A stretch of DNA of 20,000 nucleotides, taken from an uncultured virus (IMG/VR IMGVR_UViG_3300025684_000756) (taxonomy: Duplodnaviria; Heunggongvirae; Uroviricota; Caudoviricetes). Position numbers and translations under genes: made by a program. How positions within the stretch are numbered: the stretch's first letter is position 1; the number at the start of each line of letters is the position of its first letter. The notes below the pieces were generated by a model. That model searched no databases. It was not told where the DNA came from and saw nothing but the letters and a program-made list of their open reading frames with translations. Below, piece by piece: positions 1 through 7,584 of this stretch. The stretch lies in the IMG/VR virus record IMGVR_UViG_3300025684_000756; one strand, 5' to 3'.

Positions 1-2
1 AA

Positions 3-374
3 ATGAACTTCCACGGACCATGTGAGGGTGATTATATGCACCCAGACACACCAACACACGCCAAGCCAGACGGTTTTGGTGAAGATGCTTATTGGGACGC
101 CCCAATGCAAGTTTGGATGGAACCATCACAATGGGAGTGGGACGAGCATGATATGTTCGGAAATGCCGCTACAGACTATTGCTATGATAGCGATACTGAA
201 GAATGGGCATACTCCGATGAGCCAGATTGGTCTAATGAGTACACATGGGAAATGGATTACGGTATGGAGTACGATAGTATCTCCGGTGATGACATGCCTC
301 CTATGGAAGAAGGAATGGATGGTCCAATGGATGCAAACATTGAAGCACCAAAAGAAGAAAACAAAGAAACGTAG
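3..374 (+). CDS. Highly acidic, Trp/Tyr/Met-rich protein, probably the C-terminal part of a gene starting before the window
   Basis: ORF open from the window edge to TAG at 372-374; strongly D/E/W/Y/M-biased composition; followed directly by terminator-like hairpins. Confidence 0.7.
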   Translation: MNFHGPCEGDYMHPDTPTHAKPDGFGEDAYWDAPMQVWMEPSQWEWDEHDMFGNAATDYCYDSDTEEWAYSDEPDWSNEYTWEMDYGMEYDSISGDDMPPMEEGMDGPMDANIEAPKEENKET

Positions 375-378
375 TAAC

Positions 379-407
379 GAGTCCGCTTTTATAAGGGGGC
401 TTTTTTT
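379..407 (+). terminator. Putative rho-independent terminator (imperfect hairpin plus T7)
   Basis: AGTCCGCTT-TTAT-AAGGGGGCT stem with one mismatch and one G-U pair, followed by TTTTTTT, just after the stop at 374. Confidence 0.55.
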
Positions 408-433
408 ATATCTCCTAGTTTTGGCGAGTAAAT

Positions 434-466
434 AAACCTGTATACATTATAGTATACAGGTTTTTT
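434..466 (+). terminator. Perfect 12-bp hairpin plus T-tract (second terminator or promoter-associated stem-loop)
   Basis: AAACCTGTATAC (434-445), loop ATTATA, GTATACAGGTTT (452-463); T run 461-466. Confidence 0.7.
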
Positions 467-522
467 CTTGGCTAAGTTACTGTAATCATTGCAAGACCAA
501 AAAAAGTTTAAAAAAGAACCAG

Positions 523-569
523 AAAAAGGTTGACCTTTTAGGACCTATGTGTTATATTATATACATAAT
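523..569 (+). promoter_or_regulatory. Early-type sigma70-like promoter P1
   Basis: A-tract, -35 TTGACC (530-535), 17-bp spacer, TGn plus -10 TATATT (553-558), downstream ACATAAT; motif recurs at 908, 2634 and 3312. Confidence 0.85.
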
Positions 570-615
570 GCAGTTGCGAATGGCGTAATTGGTTATTAAA
601 TTAAAGGAGATTAAA

Positions 616-924
616 GTGTCAGATATCGTTACTAATGAAGTTCTCGAAGCGGCAATTGAAGAAGTTGCCAAAGGTGAAACATTTAAATTTGTTGGTTTTG
701 CTACCAGTAAAAAGGGTCGAGGTAAACTTCGTTTCTCAAATGACAAGAGGCGTACACGAACTTTGGTCCGTAATGGTTTTACTGACGTTAAGTTTATTGA
801 ACTTCCTTATGCAATGAACAAAGAAGAAATTCTTGCTAGTTCATTTGTTGATATGGTTACCCCTGTAGTTGTAATTGAAAATATTTCAGAAAATATGCAA
901 AAAGAGGTTGACCTTTCTGCATAA
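616..924 (+). CDS. Hypothetical phage protein (102 aa)
   Basis: AAGGAG at 604-609 then in-frame GTG at 616 (ORF track starts at 589); directly downstream of P1. Confidence 0.75.
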   Translation: MSDIVTNEVLEAAIEEVAKGETFKFVGFATSKKGRGKLRFSNDKRRTRTLVRNGFTDVKFIELPYAMNKEEILASSFVDMVTPVVVIENISENMQKEVDLSA

Positions 925-947
925 GGTGTGTATAGTAGTAACATAAT
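901..947 (+). promoter_or_regulatory. Early-type promoter P2, overlapping the 3' end of the upstream gene
   Basis: TTGACC 908-913, 17-bp spacer, TATAGT 931-936, ACATAAT 941-947. Confidence 0.85.
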
Positions 948-976
948 TAAAATTAACCCATATAAGGAGCCACATA

Positions 977-2086
977 ATGGGACAAGCAGAAACTAAAGTA
1001 AATGAGCCAAACACTCTAAAAATTAGCGAGTGTAAGCCAATTATCCGTAAAGCAGTTAACAAGAAACGTCCTGTGTTTATTTGGGGACCTCCAGGTTCTG
1101 GTAAATCGGATATGGTTGATCAAGTTGCAAATGAATTTGATAACAGTCTTGTTATTGATATGAGAATGGCACTTATGGACCCTACAGATATTAAAGGTGT
1201 TCCATATTACTCCGCTAACGATAATACTATGAAATGGGCACCTCCAGCAGAATTGCCTAATGCAGAAACTGCTAAAGAATATGAAATTATTTTTCTTTTC
1301 TTAGACGAGCTTAATAGTGCTCCTCCAGCAGTACAAGCCGCGGCTTATCAATTGGTGCTTAATCGTAAAGTTGGATCTTATCACTTGCCAGATAATGTTG
1401 TAATTATTGCCGCAGGTAATAGACTTGGTGATAAAGGTGTTACTTATAGGATGCCTAGTCCATTAGCAAATAGATTCTTGCATATTGAGTTGAGAGTCGA
1501 CTTTGATGATTGGGAGATGTGGGCAATAGAAAATGCTATCCATCCTCAGGTTGTTGGTTACTTGAAACAGTTTAAAGGTGACCTTTTTAACTTTGATCCT
1601 ACAATGCACGACAGAGCTTTTGCTACTCCTCGTACCTGGGCTTTTGTATCTGATATGATTGACGACGATATGTCAGAAAGTGCTAATACTGATATGGTGT
1701 CAGGTCTTGTAAGCGAAGGCATTGCAATTAAATTTATGTCTCACCGTAAGCATGCCGCAGATCTTCCAGATCCAGCAGATGTGCTAAGTGGTAAGGTTAC
1801 TAAGTTTGATTCTAAAGAAGTATCGGCTACATATGCATTGGTTGTTTCATTGTGTTACGAACTTAGAACAAAGTATCAAGATGCTAAACGTTCTGGTAAA
1901 AACGAGGACTTTAATAAATCCGCTGATAATTGGTTAGGTTTTTGTATGGAAAACTTTGAACCCGAAATGGTTATCATGGGTGCTCATACTGTTCTTAAAA
2001 ATTATAAGGTGATTTTTGATCGTAAGAAAATGACAAACTTCCCGGAATTCTTTAAACGTTATGCAAACTTGCTAACAGATGACTAA
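977..2086 (+). CDS. MoxR-like AAA+ ATPase (AAA_5-type)
   Basis: Walker A GPPGSGKS, Walker B FLFLDE, sensor I AAGN, arginine finger PLANRF, sensor II TPRTW; SD AAGGAG at 964-969. Confidence 0.92.
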   Translation: MGQAETKVNEPNTLKISECKPIIRKAVNKKRPVFIWGPPGSGKSDMVDQVANEFDNSLVIDMRMALMDPTDIKGVPYYSANDNTMKWAPPAELPNAETAKEYEIIFLFLDELNSAPPAVQAAAYQLVLNRKVGSYHLPDNVVIIAAGNRLGDKGVTYRMPSPLANRFLHIELRVDFDDWEMWAIENAIHPQVVGYLKQFKGDLFNFDPTMHDRAFATPRTWAFVSDMIDDDMSESANTDMVSGLVSEGIAIKFMSHRKHAADLPDPADVLSGKVTKFDSKEVSATYALVVSLCYELRTKYQDAKRSGKNEDFNKSADNWLGFCMENFEPEMVIMGAHTVLKNYKVIFDRKKMTNFPEFFKRYANLLTDD

Positions 2087-2405
2087 AAGAATTCGAGACT
2101 GGGCTATAAGCGATAAGTTATATGGCCCAGATGCTCGAACAATATGGCAGGACCAGCCTCCACAATCTTCGGAAGTTAGCGAGTGGCTCCGCGAACAACG
2201 AATTGGCTGGTCCTGCCGCTCTACTGAGCTAATACCCAGATGGCGGTTAAAGCAGTGGTGCAAAGATAACAATTTAAAACAATTAGACTATGATTATACT
2301 AAACATGAAATTTGGTTTAGGAAAGATGAGGATGCTATGCTATGGGATCTATCTAAACCAGATCAAATACAGACACAACCGGACAACCTTTTAAAAATGA
2401 TTTAG
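2079..2405 (+). CDS. Hypothetical Trp-rich protein (108 aa)
   Basis: Start overlaps the end of the ATPase gene (translational coupling); fills the gap to the next gene. Confidence 0.65.
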   Translation: MTKRIRDWAISDKLYGPDARTIWQDQPPQSSEVSEWLREQRIGWSCRSTELIPRWRLKQWCKDNNLKQLDYDYTKHEIWFRKDEDAMLWDLSKPDQIQTQPDNLLKMI

Positions 2406-2415
2406 ATGGTGTTAA

Positions 2416-2637
2416 ATGAAACAGTCATACGTTATAATTACTAGCCTAAAAGAAGGTGTACACCTTAAGTCTAGTGAAGATAAAAATAAAGAATTAAAAT
2501 CTCTAGGATTTGATGTAGAGGTTGATATGCGGATAGGCTTGAAGTATACCCTAGAATGTAAACCAGACGAAGTTGAAACAATAGCCAAATCATTAATAAG
2601 TCCAACAATGGAAGACTACCTTATAATAAAAGGTTGA
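2416..2637 (+). CDS. purS: Divergent PurS-like protein (FGAM synthase small subunit fold)
   Basis: 73 aa with the PurS pattern SLKEGV ... LKSLGF ... DMRIG ... IAKSLISP..EDY.I, but the canonical DPxG motif is replaced by HLKSS. Confidence 0.55.
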   Translation: MKQSYVIITSLKEGVHLKSSEDKNKELKSLGFDVEVDMRIGLKYTLECKPDEVETIAKSLISPTMEDYLIIKG

Positions 2638-2673
2638 CCTTTGGTCCTATTTGTCGTATAGTGTATACATAAT
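2627..2673 (+). promoter_or_regulatory. Early-type promoter P3
   Basis: TTGACC 2634-2639 (contains the TGA stop of the upstream gene), 17-bp spacer, TATAGT 2657-2662, ACATAAT 2667-2673. Confidence 0.85.
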
Positions 2674-2697
2674 AAAAATAATAATACGGAGAGCCAC

Positions 2698-3303
2698 ATG
2701 TTTAAGAAAATAGTAATATTATTAGCAGTTTTGTTTGCAGTTATGATAACAATAACTATTGCAGAAGCAAAGCCTAACTTTGAAAAAGAGTCTAATAAAG
2801 AACAAGCAATCAAGTCTATGCAAAAAGGCGGAATGATTGTATTTGTAAGACACACATATGCTCCTAAAGTAGAAGGTAATATGACTAAAGGTTACGATGG
2901 TAAAAAGCCATGCGAACAACAAAGAAATTTACTTTCAGAAGGCAAAAAGCAGGCAGAAGATCTTGGTAATTTTATAAGAGAAAACAACATTGGAATTGAA
3001 AAAGCATATGCAAGTCCTATTTGTAGATGTTGGGAAACTGCTGAAATTGCAGGAATAGAGTTTGAGAAGAATAACCTGTTCCAGGCAATGAATTGGAAGA
3101 AAGATCAAAAAGTAAAACAGATGAGAGATATAATTAAATCCTGGAACGGTAAAGGAAACTTGTTTGTTTTTACACATTTCAAAGTAATGGAATCTGTGTT
3201 TTCAGGCTTTAAGGCAGACAATGGACAGATGCTTGTAGTAAATAACAACTTAAAGCAAGTTGGAGTAATTAATATTCCATACAATTTTAACAACATAAAG
3301 TAA
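2698..3303 (+). CDS. Exported histidine phosphatase (phosphoglycerate mutase superfamily)
   Basis: Signal-peptide-like N-terminus (MFKK + hydrophobic stretch + AEA); motifs VFVRH, L..EG.KQA, ASP.CRC.ETA and VFTH. Confidence 0.82.
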   Translation: MFKKIVILLAVLFAVMITITIAEAKPNFEKESNKEQAIKSMQKGGMIVFVRHTYAPKVEGNMTKGYDGKKPCEQQRNLLSEGKKQAEDLGNFIRENNIGIEKAYASPICRCWETAEIAGIEFEKNNLFQAMNWKKDQKVKQMRDIIKSWNGKGNLFVFTHFKVMESVFSGFKADNGQMLVVNNNLKQVGVINIPYNFNNIK

Positions 3304-3345
3304 AAAACAGGTTGACCTTAGGGCCAACATATGCTATATTATAAG
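3302..3345 (+). promoter_or_regulatory. Early-type promoter P4
   Basis: A-tract, TTGACC 3312-3317, 17-bp spacer, TGn plus TATATT 3335-3340. Confidence 0.85.
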
Positions 3346-3369
3346 AACAATAAGGAAATGGAGCCACAC

Positions 3370-4569
3370 ATGACCCAAGATATCGCAGAAAAAGCAAAAG
3401 AAAAATTAATCAAAGCAAGAATTACTATGCTTCTAAAGTATCCTTTCTGGGGTCCTTTGAGTGCTAGACTAGTACTAGAAGAAGCACCTTGGTGTCAAAC
3501 TATTGCTACTGATGGTCGTAAGTTTTATTATAACTCAGAGTTTGTATTAAAACTAGATGATCAAGAATGTGTATTTGGGTTTGCACATGAAGTTGGGCAT
3601 ATCATTTACGAACATATGACAAGACGTGGTAATAGAGATCCAGGACTATGGAATATGGCTGGTGACTATATTATCAATAATATGCTTGTTCGAGAAAATG
3701 TAGGTCGTACAATTACTACTGTTCCTATACTAGTTGACCGTCAATATGAAAATCATACTGCTGATGAAGTATATGATAAACTGTTTGATAATAATGCTGA
3801 AGTGCAACAAACACTTGACGATCATTTAGACCTAGATGGTGAGGGTGATGAGCAACAAGGACAAGGTGGTAACAGTAGTGCCGGAAAGCCTAAGTTTAAA
3901 AAACTTTCTTCAGAAGAAAAGAAAGCTCTAAGAAACGAGTGGAAAGAAGCAGTAATTGATGCAGTTAATAAGGCAGGTGCTAGTAATGTACCTGGCGAAG
4001 TTAAACGTCTTGTTAAACAGATTACTGAGCCAGTATTAGATCTCCGTGAGCTTTTTCAAATTCAGTTTAGTAGTTCGTTAAAGTCTGATTACACTTGGAT
4101 GCGACCTAACAGAAAAGGTTGGCATACTGGTGCAGTACTTCCGGGTAATCTTCCAGGAGAACAGTTAGATGTTGTTATTGCACTCGATGCCTCAGGTAGT
4201 ATTTGGGATAGCACACTATCAGACTTCTTAGGTATTGTACAAGGATCATTGGATCAGTTTGATGCTTATAATGTTAAAGTTATTACGTTTGATACCAGTG
4301 TGTACAACGAAGATAATTTTACACAAGATGATGGACGTGATATGTCCGAGTATGCAATACAAGGTGGTGGCGGAACAGACTTTGACTGTATCTGGGAGTG
4401 GCTTAAATATAATGACGTTACACCGCATCAATTAGTAGTACTTACTGATGGTTACCCTTGGGGATCTTGGGGAGATGAAAATTACTGTGATACATTATTT
4501 GTAATTCACGGTAATGAGGAAATTAAAGCACCATTTGGTATTACTGCTAATTATATGCCAAAGAAATAA
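3370..4569 (+). CDS. Putative metallopeptidase plus VWA-like domain protein (DUF2201-type), partner of MoxR ATPases
   Basis: IATDG, HEVGH (HExxH), WN.A.D..IN; G/Q-rich linker; MIDAS DASGS, GGGGTDF, VVLTDG. Start moved to ATG 3370 after GGAG at 3360, since the ORF-track start 3331 lies inside promoter P4. Confidence 0.88.
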   Translation: MTQDIAEKAKEKLIKARITMLLKYPFWGPLSARLVLEEAPWCQTIATDGRKFYYNSEFVLKLDDQECVFGFAHEVGHIIYEHMTRRGNRDPGLWNMAGDYIINNMLVRENVGRTITTVPILVDRQYENHTADEVYDKLFDNNAEVQQTLDDHLDLDGEGDEQQGQGGNSSAGKPKFKKLSSEEKKALRNEWKEAVIDAVNKAGASNVPGEVKRLVKQITEPVLDLRELFQIQFSSSLKSDYTWMRPNRKGWHTGAVLPGNLPGEQLDVVIALDASGSIWDSTLSDFLGIVQGSLDQFDAYNVKVITFDTSVYNEDNFTQDDGRDMSEYAIQGGGGTDFDCIWEWLKYNDVTPHQLVVLTDGYPWGSWGDENYCDTLFVIHGNEEIKAPFGITANYMPKK

Positions 4570-4586
4570 TAACAGGAGAGGATTTA

Positions 4587-5552
4587 ATGGATCAGTTAAC
4601 AGTTTGGATGGCACTCGGCTTTCTATTTGCAGGCTATTCAGTTATAGCAAACGATTCAGTACAAACACTAGGTACTTGGATAGCAAGTAACAATCAAAGA
4701 TTTAAATGGACAACAATGTGGGCCGCCGCTTCGGCGGTTTTACTATGGTGTCTTTGGTATGGCTGGTATACTAATGGAGGAGATATTAGTTACGGTAGAC
4801 TTACAAAGATACCATTCCAAGAAATAAAATGGTATCATGCAGGTGCACCATTAGTATTATTATTGTTAACAAGGATAGGTGTACCAGTTAGTACATCTTT
4901 TTTAGTTTTAAGTGCCTTTGCAAGTACATTTGTATTAGAGAAAATGCTTGTAAAGTCAATTATGGGATATGCAGTAGCAGGAGTATTTGCTTATTGTTTA
5001 TGGATACTAATTGCACGTTGGCTAGATGAGAAGAATGATCCTGTAAAGGAAGAACGTAAAAAGTATTGGCGAGCAGGACAATGGGTAACTACAGGCTTTT
5101 TATGGTTCACATGGTTAAGTCATGATGTTGCCAACATAGCAGTATTCTTACCAAGACAAGTTCCTTGGGATATGATGATAGGTGTAAGTTTAGTATTTGT
5201 ACTAGGCTTAGGATTTATGTTTCGTGAAGGCGGAGGTAGGATACAACAAATTGTATTGGAAAAGCAACATACTAGATATGTAAGAAGTGCATGTATAATT
5301 GATGGTGCATATTTCCTTTGTTTGTACTTCTTTAAAGAACTAAACAACATACCAATGTCAACTACATGGGTATTCGTTGGACTACTATGTGGTAGAGAAC
5401 TAGCAATCAGTACAATGAGTAACGGATCATACAGATTAAAGAATGTGTTTCCTATTGTAGGGAAAGACTTTATGAAAATGATGATAGGATTAGGTGCAAG
5501 TTTAGGTATTGTATTAACAATACATTACATATTAGTACCAAACGGATTCTAA
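4587..5552 (+). CDS. Polytopic membrane protein, PiT/PHO4-related phosphate/sulfate permease-like
   Basis: Many hydrophobic segments; duplicated PiT-like signatures IANDSVQTLG / SHDVANI and PVSTS / PMSTT; strong SD AGGAGAGG. Confidence 0.65.
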   Translation: MDQLTVWMALGFLFAGYSVIANDSVQTLGTWIASNNQRFKWTTMWAAASAVLLWCLWYGWYTNGGDISYGRLTKIPFQEIKWYHAGAPLVLLLLTRIGVPVSTSFLVLSAFASTFVLEKMLVKSIMGYAVAGVFAYCLWILIARWLDEKNDPVKEERKKYWRAGQWVTTGFLWFTWLSHDVANIAVFLPRQVPWDMMIGVSLVFVLGLGFMFREGGGRIQQIVLEKQHTRYVRSACIIDGAYFLCLYFFKELNNIPMSTTWVFVGLLCGRELAISTMSNGSYRLKNVFPIVGKDFMKMMIGLGASLGIVLTIHYILVPNGF

Positions 5553-5580
5553 TACGGTTACACACCCTATTCAAAATGGC

Positions 5581-5626
5581 TATAAGTATCAGTGAGCAAA
5601 TAGAACTTGTTCACTGATTTAATTTT
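5581..5626 (+). promoter_or_regulatory. Late-promoter-like TATAAGTA followed by a 12-bp hairpin and T-rich tract
   Basis: TATAAGTA 5581-5588; stem ATCAGTGAGCAA (5588-5599) / TTGTTCACTGAT (5607-5618) with one G-U pair; could be a terminator or a 5' hairpin. Confidence 0.5.
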
Positions 5627-5641
5627 ATGGAGAATATTAAA

Positions 5642-5950
5642 ATGGCTGAAGAAACAAATCAAGCACCCGCTTCAACAGATGAAGCACCTGCTTTACCTAA
5701 AACTGGTCTTAACTTAGAAGATCTAAAAGTGGTGTGTGGTGCGATTGAGATTGGTGCTAATAGAGGCGCTTATCGTCCAAACGAATTTAGGGTAATTGGA
5801 GAAGTATGGGAAAGAGTTACCGGCTTTATTAAAGCAACAGAACCAAAAGTTGCTGAAGCAGTAGAAAAAGCACAAGAAGGTGAAGTGAATGTTGAACCTG
5901 TTAATGCTGAGCCTGTTGCGGAAGTTACCGAAGATAACACAGGAAGCTAG
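5642..5950 (+). CDS. Hypothetical phage protein (helical core RGAYRPNE, acidic disordered ends)
   Basis: GGAG 5629-5632 before in-frame ATG 5642 (ORF track starts at 5627). Confidence 0.75.
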   Translation: MAEETNQAPASTDEAPALPKTGLNLEDLKVVCGAIEIGANRGAYRPNEFRVIGEVWERVTGFIKATEPKVAEAVEKAQEGEVNVEPVNAEPVAEVTEDNTGS

Positions 5951-5959
5951 GAGTATATT

Positions 5960-6616
5960 ATGGCTAGATTTATTAAACACGTTGGGCAAGATGGAAAAGG
6001 TGCTCCAGTAGTAGTTGTATTCCGTGAGGTTCCAAATGATTCTGAAAACTGTTTGATTGTTAGAACAACAGACTTACCAGAATTACATCAAGCAGATCTT
6101 ATTAAAGCAGTTGAAAGTGTTTCTGGACAAGATGCTAATGACATTGGCGACTTTTTACATAGACAAAAGTTTAACGATGGCACAGACATGTTATCAACAA
6201 TTCATGCTAAAGGATGGTTAACTAAAGTTCCTACTAAGCATATTGTTATGGTACCATCACCGGGTAATAAAATTAACTTAGAAGATTTAAACAAAGAACT
6301 AAAATTAATTAATCGTCCAAAACCAGGTATCCCAGGCAAAGGTGGAGTAGCTACACGTTCAGGCGATATTGCAAATGATGCGAGCTCTGGAGGATCTCCA
6401 GGAGTGTTAGATGATAACGCTATTGCCGCTAAACTTAGAAGTCAAGCAACAACTTTTGAAGCAGAAGCTAAACGTTTAAGAGCAGAAGCAGAAGAGTTAA
6501 TTCCGTCTACTAGTACACCATCTTTATCTACAGTTGATATTGTCAACGAGGTTGCAGAAGCTAGTGCAACACCAAAGAGACGAGGCAGGCCAAAGAAGGC
6601 TTCAGTAGAGGCCTAA
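5960..6616 (+). CDS. Hypothetical phage protein with coiled coil and C-terminal AT-hook-like motif
   Basis: SD AGGAG; predicted coiled coil IAAKLRSQATTFEAEAKRLRAEAEEL; PKRRGRPKK near the C-terminus. Confidence 0.8.
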   Translation: MARFIKHVGQDGKGAPVVVVFREVPNDSENCLIVRTTDLPELHQADLIKAVESVSGQDANDIGDFLHRQKFNDGTDMLSTIHAKGWLTKVPTKHIVMVPSPGNKINLEDLNKELKLINRPKPGIPGKGGVATRSGDIANDASSGGSPGVLDDNAIAAKLRSQATTFEAEAKRLRAEAEELIPSTSTPSLSTVDIVNEVAEASATPKRRGRPKKASVEA

Positions 6617-6645
6617 TTTAATTAGATCGATAAAGAAGAATATAG

Positions 6646-6948
6646 ATGAGTATTCGTAAGAAAGATCGTAGCTTTGAAGAAATGTTACGAGAGATACAGG
6701 TAGATAATGTGCCTGTTGAATATATAGATTACATTCGTGTTTATCTAGATGATGGATCTCAAATTGTCTTCAGGCAAAACGAATTAACTGGAATCAAAGA
6801 TAGCAGTGATATCTTAGAAATTAAACAGTTACAGGAATGTTTGGACCGTATTGTTGACTTTGAAGTTATGATGAATTCAGACTTAGTTAAAACTAAAGTA
6901 ACTAGATTCGTAGGAGCTTTATTAGCCACACATTTTTCGGAGAAGTAG
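6646..6948 (+). CDS. Hypothetical protein (100 aa)
   Basis: Co-directional ORF in tight operon spacing. Confidence 0.75.
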   Translation: MSIRKKDRSFEEMLREIQVDNVPVEYIDYIRVYLDDGSQIVFRQNELTGIKDSSDILEIKQLQECLDRIVDFEVMMNSDLVKTKVTRFVGALLATHFSEK

Positions 6949-6951
6949 TAT

Positions 6952-7584
6952 ATGGATTTTGTTTTTATTAATCCAAGTGAAATTGCAACTAGATTCTTTC
7001 AAGTGTTTGAAAGATCACTTACTATTGGCGTAAAGCTAACAGACGAGTTTATTCCCCAATATGATCCTGCCGAAGTTGGTCAGCTACCATTACTTGACTT
7101 TGGATTTCAAGGTTCATTTGATACAATAGCATGGGATAAGCCAGGTGTTGCATTACAGAAGATGCACAAGTTTAAAGAATTTGATTTAAATGAATATCAA
7201 GATAATGAAGTCCCAGATGGTGTTATCTTAATTGATATGATCTGCCATCAAAGAGTATATGCTGTAACTAGTCAATGGTTAAGAGAAGATAGTAGATGGA
7301 TTATGCAACGTAATGCCGATATCAACAATGATAAACATGGTTATAAGGCTTTGGCTATCGAAGAGATAGAAAAAAGAAGATTATACGGAACAATACAAAC
7401 TTACATTTATCCAGATAAATCAGTTAAATTTAAACTACACCCAATTGATATGGCATATATCACAAGTAAAGAAATAGTTAATAGACATTGGATTACTATC
7501 TACCCATCCTTAGTTGCTAATAGAAATAGACCCGAAGTTACTAATTATTTGTTTAATGCTTGGATAGATAAAACATCTATTTAG
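6952..7584 (+). CDS. Hypothetical protein (210 aa)
   Basis: GGAG upstream; starts 3 nt after the previous stop; its 3' end overlaps the convergent gene. Confidence 0.75.
   Translation: MDFVFINPSEIATRFFQVFERSLTIGVKLTDEFIPQYDPAEVGQLPLLDFGFQGSFDTIAWDKPGVALQKMHKFKEFDLNEYQDNEVPDGVILIDMICHQRVYAVTSQWLREDSRWIMQRNADINNDKHGYKALAIEEIEKRRLYGTIQTYIYPDKSVKFKLHPIDMAYITSKEIVNRHWITIYPSLVANRNRPEVTNYLFNAWIDKTSI

Noticed and set aside
523..3345. GGTTGACCTT repeats as a CRISPR array or attachment sites
   Set aside because: Short, irregularly spaced, separated by whole genes, and each has a -10 box at a fixed 17-bp spacing, so they are better explained as promoters
3331..3369. ORF-track start of the VWA protein
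   Set aside because: Lies within promoter P4; the GGAG at 3360 supports ATG 3370
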